Assembly: GCA_008369845.1 (NCBI GenBank)
Contig: MRSU01006754.1
Location: forward strand, 1-40,145
Direction: 5' to 3'
Length of the DNA stretch: 40,145 nucleotides
DNA from: Trichomonas gallinae
Lineage: Eukaryota
This document shows, in pieces, positions 32,440-40,145 of this stretch. Both the position numbers and the translations under genes were made by a program. The notes under the pieces were generated by a model. It searched no databases. It saw only the letters and a list, made by a program, of their open reading frames with translations, and was not told where the DNA came from. The stretch's first letter is position 1; each line of letters begins with the position of its first letter.

Positions 32440-32896
32440 TCGAAATTTGTTTGAAATTTGACAAAAGTGACGGTCAAATTATCGTTCAAAGTGGAAAAAC
32501 TACTAAAATCAGCATCTGTATGGTTAGCAGAATATAGATTTCATCATTTCACAGTAATTTGATAAAAATAAGGTTGACAAAATTACGATATTTGCATATT
32601 ATAACATACAAACCCAGAAAAACACAAAAAAAAAACAACATAAACAAAAAAAAACACGTTATTTATTAAATCATTCGGGAGAACTTTCATTAGAGCAAAG
32701 TTTCCAATTCAAGAGTAAAAGGATTTACTCTGAGTCAAGAGCATAGTAGACATGTATCTTCTTCACATGTATTACATAGAGTCACTATTTCTTATTTTTT
32801 TGTAAAAAAATTATTAGATTTAAAATTTACTTCATTATTACTCCATGATATCGTAGCCAATTTTTCTAGTTTACAATAATGCCTCGAAAACCACTG

Positions 32897-32958
32897 AAAA
32901 ATTCTCTGCTACAAAACATTTCGATATTTCGAACACAAAATTATAGCAGAGAATTTTT
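32897..32958. repeat. Perfect 15-bp inverted repeat AAAAATTCTCTGCTA / TAGCAGAGAATTTTT with 32-nt spacer
   Basis: Arms at 32897-32911 and 32944-32958, read directly. Confidence 0.9.
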
Positions 32959-33799
32959 AATAGAGCTATCATAGACTCATAATGCTTCAATTCTAAAAGA
33001 AGTTAATACAGCTATTTTGGAGAAAATATGTCATCTAGTAAAAATTCATTTGTTTTCTCTATTTTTTGATGAAATACAGAATATGATTCATAAATAAGTA
33101 TAATTCGTTGATTAAATTACAATTATCGTGTCTGTAGTTCATGAATCTGGGATAAATCAGAAAATCGATAAGAAATTCTGTTTCTTTCAGTGACGTCACA
33201 CATGTATGACTCGTTGACATGATTATATTTCTTTGATCTTTCCAATTGAATAATATATGACTACATTATTTATATTAGGTTACCAAAATACCAGAAGATA
33301 TTTTTCCTCTTCATCATTTGCGATATTTTAATTGTTATATTCAAATTCATTGGTTAAAATAAACGCTTCCTGTGTATATAAAAATTCATATATCTAAGTT
33401 TTTTCGAATCAAAATTATTTAAAACCAAAAAAAATCATAAATAATATATTGCATTTTACAGATGCTTATTTTCCAAATCGAACCTGCAGCTCTTTTTCGA
33501 GGTGCGACAATCTCAGTTTAGCACGCGCAGATACATTGCTATAGCATAAATTATGATAACTATCATATTAGTTCGAGTCTAACGATATCAATCCAGATTA
33601 TCCGAGTTAATTTGTTACAAAACATACATTTTCAACACTACAAAGTTATTGCAATATGATGAAAAAACAGTAATAGCACATTTCTACTGCCCATATTTGC
33701 AAAATGTTGATAATAATGCTTGACAAATTATCCTGTTATCTACATTGTATAATTATTACGCTCAAATACATCTAGAAGTATCAAGAAGTAAATTTACGG

Positions 33800-34110
33800 A
33801 ATCCAGGAAGAGAAAATCTCCAAAACGAAATTGCAAAACAGGGAAAAAAGCTCCAGATGGCCCTCGAGAATGAAAAGAAGTAGAATAAGTCGAAAGAATT
33901 GTTGACAAAATCAAATGAAAGAAAAACTTAAAAATCAAGAACAAGATTATCAAGATGAAACAGATTTACTAGTCAAAGATTTGCTGAACAAGCAAAGGAT
34001 ACTCAATGATAAACTCAAGGAAGACTTGGAGGCAGAAAAACAGAAACATGAATGTTAAAATCAGTTCTGTTAACCTTGAGAACGAAGACCTTCATAACTA
34101 GAAATGGAGA
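33800..34110 (+). pseudogene. Degraded coiled-coil gene fragment
   Basis: Coding-like purine-rich segments ENLQNEIAKQGKKLQMALENEKK* (33812-33883) and MKEKLKNQEQDYQDETDLLVKDLLNKQRILNDKLKEDLEAEKQKHEC* (33915-34058), broken by stops and a frame change. Confidence 0.55.
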
Positions 34111-34283
34111 GAAAGATAAAAGAGATAACTCCACTGTCCATCCACGATGATCTCAACTGCTGCATGCTCCTAACAGTACTGATTTCATGATTTGATGTTT
34201 TTGACAAATAATTTTGACATTTGTCAGATGTAAATATTATGTCAGTTTTATGTTGTAAAAAAAGTGAAAATTTTTATTATTTT

Positions 34284-34946
34284 ATGAGCACCGAAATAAA
34301 GCAGCAAAACAACGAAAACGGCGCCCAAACGCAGTCACCCGAAAATGCCCAGACAGACCTCGCCCAGAATAAGAGTCCAAGTCAGTCCAGTTTTACTACA
34401 ACGAATGCAAATCTATTGAAAGAGCTCGAAATCAAGAAGTATGAACTCGAAAACAAGAATTCCAGACTTATCTCACAGCTTGGCTCAATGGGAGATACTG
34501 ATTTCCTTCAGAAACAGCTTTTTGTTTTAGAAAGTATTGCAAGAAAGCAAAATCTCCCGAAGAAAAGCATTCTTCTTGACTTGGAACAATTAAAACAAGA
34601 AAATATTCTCGGCCAAAATGACAGTTTAGCAAATCTTCAAACGAGAGTCAAGCAAATGCGTCAGGAAACAGAAGACAACAACAAGAAAGCACAGACTTTA
34701 CAGGCTGACATGGGCTCCCGCTATTCAGCTTTACAATCATTCTCAATCAGCGAAAAATACAATGAAGACGCTAATCCTCGCGCCAAAATGAGCCACGTCA
34801 AAGAGCAATACAATTCATATCAAAAAGGTCAACTCGAAAGCTTAAAGATGGAAATTATTCAATTAAATTATCAACTTCAAGAACTTCAAAAACAAGAGGC
34901 AGAATACGCTGCATCCCAGAATTCTAAGAGCTCTTCCCAAGTTTAA
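34284..34946 (+). CDS. Q/N/S-rich coiled-coil hypothetical protein
   Basis: ORF with coding-like composition from ATG 34284; the upstream extension lies in motif-rich promoter-like DNA. Confidence 0.85.
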   Translation: MSTEIKQQNNENGAQTQSPENAQTDLAQNKSPSQSSFTTTNANLLKELEIKKYELENKNSRLISQLGSMGDTDFLQKQLFVLESIARKQNLPKKSILLDLEQLKQENILGQNDSLANLQTRVKQMRQETEDNNKKAQTLQADMGSRYSALQSFSISEKYNEDANPRAKMSHVKEQYNSYQKGQLESLKMEIIQLNYQLQELQKQEAEYAASQNSKSSSQV

Positions 34947-35349
34947 GCTCAAATTAGTTTGTCCAAAAATAATTTCAAATCAAGAATTGTTTATTAAAGC
35001 TTTCTTTTGTAAAAAAATCTTTTACCGCTTTCAGCTTAGTAATTATCTTTATTTCTATTTGAATTTAAATTTTTCATAAATTCTAAAAATCTCGTGTAAC
35101 AAAGAGTGAATTTATCTCATTATCCAATAGATGGTTTCTGCTAAAAATGCAATAAATATATAGATATAGTTATTATTATTATAATGTATTATTTCAAATC
35201 ATAAAATAATGCTTAATATTCGAAATATTTGAGAAATAATATAATCATAAATTCGTTTTCCAAAATGCTTTAAAAAATCAGTTTGAGAGTCCATTACTAC
35301 ATAATAAGGCAATGATTTGATCCAATCTTAATTTTTATGGTTCATTAAA

Positions 35350-36336
35350 ATGAATGCAGAACAAACAAAAATTCTTCATAAATCACAAATCTTATTAAAA
35401 GTTCTTTCCGAGCAAGATTCATACAATTGCATCAAATCTATTGTGAAAAAGCCCAAAATTGACTCAGCAATAGCAAAATTAAACAATTTTATATCCTTAA
35501 TTGAGCCAGAAACAGAAATTGATGAAAAAGAAGTATCAAAGATCAGAATAACATTCGATAACTTTAAAGATTACCTAAATTTGAACATCATTGCTCGTCA
35601 ATTTCAACTAAATATAGAAAGATTCGAACCAATTATCGAATCTATGACAGAAAAATACAAAATTTCTAGTGACAATATGGATGAAATCAATGATATGTAC
35701 ACAAAATTAACAAGTTGCGTTGAAGAATTAGATGAAAATCCAGAAAGAAGGGCAAACATCAACGAGTGCAGCACAGCACTATTCGGTTTACTTAGTAAGA
35801 TCGATCAGACGTGGGAAATGTCAAATCAACGAGCAAATCTTTGGTCAAAAACAAATTTAACTCTTAGAAAGTCGACTGAAAAACTAATCATGGATATTTC
35901 AACAGTCAGCGGTGTAGTAGATGTTATTGACGATTTCATCAGTAGTCTTCAAAATAAAGACGATTTAGAGTCTGCATTTTCTGAATTCTTCCAGCCAAAG
36001 AGATTAAACTATATTAAGCCACTACAAGAGATTCCAATGGAACTGGCAACAAATATGGAAAAAGACGCAATGCGCCAAAGAGAAAAAGAAGTACAAAACG
36101 CTTATCGAAGTTTATCTGTAACATTTAGTCCTCTTAAAGACCTGGTAACAGAGCAGGAAGAAAACAAACTCTTGAAGGCTTTATATCGAGCGTCATTGAT
36201 GAGCAAAGAAGATTTAGAAGCATTAAAACAAGAAAATGAAAATCTTAAGGAAGCAATAAAAGAACTCGAAGATTTAGTAGCAGCACAAAAAACTGCAGAG
36301 TCCACTCCAAAGAAATCACGCAACCGCAAAAAATGA
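35350..36336 (+). CDS. Helical/coiled-coil hypothetical protein with basic C-terminus (possible NLS PKKSRNRKK)
   Basis: 328-aa ORF with Inr TCATTA at 35342-35347. Confidence 0.85.
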   Translation: MNAEQTKILHKSQILLKVLSEQDSYNCIKSIVKKPKIDSAIAKLNNFISLIEPETEIDEKEVSKIRITFDNFKDYLNLNIIARQFQLNIERFEPIIESMTEKYKISSDNMDEINDMYTKLTSCVEELDENPERRANINECSTALFGLLSKIDQTWEMSNQRANLWSKTNLTLRKSTEKLIMDISTVSGVVDVIDDFISSLQNKDDLESAFSEFFQPKRLNYIKPLQEIPMELATNMEKDAMRQREKEVQNAYRSLSVTFSPLKDLVTEQEENKLLKALYRASLMSKEDLEALKQENENLKEAIKELEDLVAAQKTAESTPKKSRNRKK

Positions 36337-36769
36337 TTTTATTTAATTTTTCGGAATAACAACATATGCCTATAACATGTACTCAAATAGAATCAAAGAA
36401 ACAAAGAAAATTTTACTCAAATTCAAATTTTAAGCATTTAGTATCAGTAACCAGATAAATATAATTGAAATAAGATGATGCTTGTAATTTATTGTAACTT
36501 CAAGGCTATTGAATTCAATTTTCCGAATTTATCAAAATTCTTAAAATATGTTACATATTTCAAGTCAATAGCATCCACATTTAGATCAAGAACAATAATC
36601 TAAGTCTAATATCTTAGTTTCTTCAAAACATTTCTAAAATTGAAATAAAATCACGATTTCATGTCTAACAATCATAATAACTTAAACAAAATTTTGCAAT
36701 TAAGTAACGTCATGGTTTATAATACAAAAAAATCATAATAAATTAAATCACATTTTAAAATTAAATAAT

Positions 36770-38866
36770 TTAAACAGTGTACAAGATCTGTGTGTATGTT
36801 GGGATTGGCCAGTCTTCAGCGCCAACGATTTCTTCAACGGCATCAGTCTTGCTTCTTATCGAAATCATTTCTGGAATAATCTGCTTGTACATGAAAACAG
36901 CTTTCTCCTTGTTATTTGGTGAAGAAGCAACATCAGCGAGCAGTGTTTCGAGCTTAGCAGCTTCGTTGCTGATCTCTTCGATAGAAGTATTTAACTTCGC
37001 TAAGTTGCCCTGTATTGTTTTGTTGACGAATCCAGCCTTTTTGAGCTTGATGAATGAATCAGCGACTTTTCCTGTGTAATTGATGAGTGCTGGGATGATC
37101 TGGCGTTTGATCATGTGGAGAAGTGTCTCTGCTTCAATGGAGACAGACTGGATGTAGTTCTCCACTCTGACTTCGTATCTAGCAAGACATTCTGCCTCCG
37201 AGTAAACTTTCATCTTCTCGAAGAGCTCGATGTTCTTTCTGTCGCGTAAAGCTTCAATTGCGTCGACTGTGTTGTTGATTATCGGCAATCCACGCTTCTT
37301 AGCCTCTTCTATCCACTCGCTCGAGTAGTTGTTGCCGTTGAAGATGATGCGTCCGTGCTTCGTGATGGTTTCTTCGATAAGTTTCTGCTTCTCAGCGCCG
37401 ACGTCCAGAGCTTTCTCGAAGCGTGTCGCGAAGTAAGACAAAGACTCAGCGAGCGCGCTGTTGAGGATAGTGTTGACAACAGCGATGGACTGCGATGAGC
37501 CGAGCATTCTGAACTCAAACTTGTTGCCTGTGAAAGCCATCGGAGATGTTCTGTTGCGGTCGCTGTCATCTACAGAAAGGTCTGGAATTGAAGGCAAAAG
37601 ACTCATCTTGCCTTTCTCCTTCTTCGGGAGTCCGTAGTCAGCGTTCATCGCAGACAGGAGCTGGTTCGTTATGCCTTCGCCGAGGAAGATGGAGACGATT
37701 GATGGTGGAGCTTCGAAGCCGCCAAGTCTCTGGTCATTGGAGTGAGAAGCTGCAGCCATTCTAATTAAATCGCCGTATTTGTCGACCGCGCGGAGGAATG
37801 CGCAGAGAACGAGAAGGAACAAGCCGTCGTCGTCCTGCCATTCGCGTGGCTGGAGGAGATTTACGCCTGTATCTGTGCCGATACTGTAATTGTTGTGCTT
37901 ACCGCTGCCGTTAACGCCTGCAAAAGGCTTTTCGTGTAAAAGAAGGGCCAATCCTTGTTTCTTGGCGATTGTTCTCATCAATTCCATTGTCATTTGGTTG
38001 TGATCTGCTGCAATGTTAGCATTTTCGTAAACTGGAGCAAGTTCATGCTGTGAAGGAGCGACTTCGTTGTGTTTTGTCTTTGCTGGAATGCCTAATTCCC
38101 ATAATTCTCGGTCAACTTGCTTCATAAATTCAGAAACACGAATCTTGATGCGTGCCATGTAGTGATCATCAAGCTGCTGAGCTTTTGGTGGTCTTGCACC
38201 GAGTAATGTGCGACCACACATCTTCAAATCGAGTCTCTCTTCGAAATGTTTTCTATCAATTAAGAAATATTCCTGTTCAGAGCCGACTGACGCAGTAATT
38301 CTTCTAACCTCTTCCTGACCTTTGAAGAATTTGATGAATCTGAGGCCCTCACGGTTAAGTGCCTCGATTGATTTCAATAATGGAAGTTTTCTATCAAGGG
38401 CTTCGCCGTTGTAGGATACGAAAACGGAAGGAATGAACAAAGTTCCATCACGAACGAATGCTGGGGATGTTGGATCCCATGTTGTGTAGCCTCTTGCTTC
38501 GAATGTGGCTCTTAAACCACCAGATGGGAAAGATGAGGCATCTGGTTCGCCTTTAACCAGTGTACTTGGTGGGAAATCGAGTGTTGCTTCTCCAATTGCT
38601 GTAGGAGTAAAGAACGAATCGTGTTTGCAGGCCGTTACATCGGTCATAGGAAGGAACCAGTGTGCGTAGTGTGTTGCTCCATTCTCAATGGCCCATTCCA
38701 TCATAGCCTTTGCAACATCTGGAGCGATAGAGTTGTCCAATGAGCTTCCAGATTCAATTGTTTTGAGATAACTTTGGTAAATCTTCTTGTTTAGCCTCAT
38801 TCTTATCACGGCCTCCCTGAATACTTTGGAACCGTAGATAGGCTTCAGCTGCAATGCTGATTCCAT
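36770..38866 (-). CDS. glnN: Glutamine synthetase type III (GlnN-like)
   Basis: 698 aa with GATHYAHWF, GEPDASSFPSGGLRATFEARGYTTWD, GSEQEYF, HNEVAPSQHE, HEKPFAGVNGSGKHNN, RLGGFEAPP, DRNRTSP.AFTGNKFEFR and WPIPTY. Inr TCATTC on the minus strand at 38881-38886. Confidence 0.96.
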   Translation of the reverse strand: MESALQLKPIYGSKVFREAVIRMRLNKKIYQSYLKTIESGSSLDNSIAPDVAKAMMEWAIENGATHYAHWFLPMTDVTACKHDSFFTPTAIGEATLDFPPSTLVKGEPDASSFPSGGLRATFEARGYTTWDPTSPAFVRDGTLFIPSVFVSYNGEALDRKLPLLKSIEALNREGLRFIKFFKGQEEVRRITASVGSEQEYFLIDRKHFEERLDLKMCGRTLLGARPPKAQQLDDHYMARIKIRVSEFMKQVDRELWELGIPAKTKHNEVAPSQHELAPVYENANIAADHNQMTMELMRTIAKKQGLALLLHEKPFAGVNGSGKHNNYSIGTDTGVNLLQPREWQDDDGLFLLVLCAFLRAVDKYGDLIRMAAASHSNDQRLGGFEAPPSIVSIFLGEGITNQLLSAMNADYGLPKKEKGKMSLLPSIPDLSVDDSDRNRTSPMAFTGNKFEFRMLGSSQSIAVVNTILNSALAESLSYFATRFEKALDVGAEKQKLIEETITKHGRIIFNGNNYSSEWIEEAKKRGLPIINNTVDAIEALRDRKNIELFEKMKVYSEAECLARYEVRVENYIQSVSIEAETLLHMIKRQIIPALINYTGKVADSFIKLKKAGFVNKTIQGNLAKLNTSIEEISNEAAKLETLLADVASSPNNKEKAVFMYKQIIPEMISIRSKTDAVEEIVGAEDWPIPTYTQILYTV

Positions 38867-40145
38867 TCTTAGTTTTTATTGAATGATTTTTGTTCTCTCA
38901 ATTTATGGCCAAACTTTCCCTCAAATTCGAAAATTCACCGTTTTTTAAAAACATCCAGAAACATGTTTAAAACAAAACTACATCAAAAAATAGACAAATG
39001 TAAAATTGACAGAAATCAATTGAATGGAAAATGATTTAATAAAAAGATAACTCAATATTTATGATATTAAGCGATATATTATGTCATAAAGACATAATTT
39101 CTCAATAAAATATATAAAAACAAACGGATTTCTCTATCAAAATAAAACAACAAATGTGAAATCAATGTTATTTTGGACACATTCATATATCTACAGATAA
39201 ATATAAGACTAAAAAATCAAATTAGTCAAAATTAAATTTACATGACAAAAATTTTGGAAAGGTTAAAAAATTTTAGTCAACTTTCCTAAGAGTGTTGTAG
39301 CTACTGTTTTACACATTTAATTGCCTACTGCCATAACTTAAATGTTTTCCCTATTGTCTCATTTTCTAATTTTCAATTTGAGTCAAATTGGAAACATTGT
39401 TGTCGCAGGAAATAATAGAAACCGTTTGACAATTTTACATGTCAAATTTTAACATGGAGCAAATCCAGAAAAAAAATACAATGATTAGATAGAGAACGAA
39501 AGTATAGGCTTATGTTACGTTTCAATGAAGTAATCAAAGTCATTTCATAGAGAGATAAAGACGATTTAAAGTCCAAAATTAAAAATCACTTTTTCTCGAA
39601 AATTCCTCGATTACCAATGTAATATATATCCAATTATGAGTAATTTTCCAAGTTTTTGATAGTAAAAAATTAAATATTAGGTATCATATCTCTGGAAATT
39701 CGTGTAGAAAAGTTTCGGGAATTCACAACAAGAATCATCATGACCTAGTGAACTTACATGCTTAATTTAGCTTCATAAATGTGGTTCCTTTTTGGCGAGG
39801 TACCATTTTTCCAAATATAACCTAAACTATACTTTTGTCAATTTTGATTATCGATAAATCCAGCGATATAATATATCGATTGTTACAATAATGTATAAAT
39901 TGTGGTAGACACATCTTTTTGCATGCACCTATAGACTTTGGTGGCTAAAAATCAAAGATTTGCATGAAATTTATCGATTGAATGCGATACCTGAAAAAAC
40001 TCAATATTTGGAAAAGTGACAATATTAACATCAATTAATAGCCTTGCTTTCAATTTTTATTTGTTGAATTTGATTTTATTAGATCTAATATATGCATCAT
40101 GTTAGCTTTCAAAATATCCAAAAAAATTCTAGTGTTTCTCTCAAA

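Noticed and set aside
33191..33198. TGACGTCA CRE palindrome
   Set aside because: Single 8-mer far from any start codon; compatible with chance
39454..39800. Possible decayed gene after the motif at 39434
   Set aside because: ATG is followed by a stop within 13 codons; no recognisable peptide

Overview
AT-rich eukaryotic genomic DNA with compact, apparently intronless genes. It is almost certainly from a parabasalid, most likely Trichomonas vaginalis or a close relative. Support for this: Inr-like TCA(T/C)T elements a few nt upstream of ATGs, an M3+M5 promoter on a ribosomal protein gene, TAAA poly(A) signals overlapping stop codons, and typical trichomonad gene families. About 17 protein-coding genes are supported: a TOR-type PIKK, a roadblock dynein light chain, a CAMK-group kinase, a small unknown protein, two head-to-head ABCB half-transporters, a Tom40/porin-like beta-barrel, a MED4-like protein, a large TRRAP/Tra1-like pseudokinase, a CS/Hsp20+Sel1-like tail-anchored protein, an R2R3 Myb, RPS15A/uS8, a tetraspanin-like protein, three coiled-coil proteins and a bacterial-type glutamine synthetase III. 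I saw no rRNA, tRNA, CRISPR array or intact transposon. The best leads are a recurrent intergenic motif TTTAC(A/G)TG(A/T)CA, a repeat- and hairpin-rich divergent intergenic region at 26.76-27.25 kb, an unresolved 5' end of TOR (possible non-consensus 44-nt intron), a TOR FRB domain predicted to be rapamycin-insensitive, and a probable heterodimeric ABC pair. All calls are by eye with no database search, and none shows a clear-cut new system.
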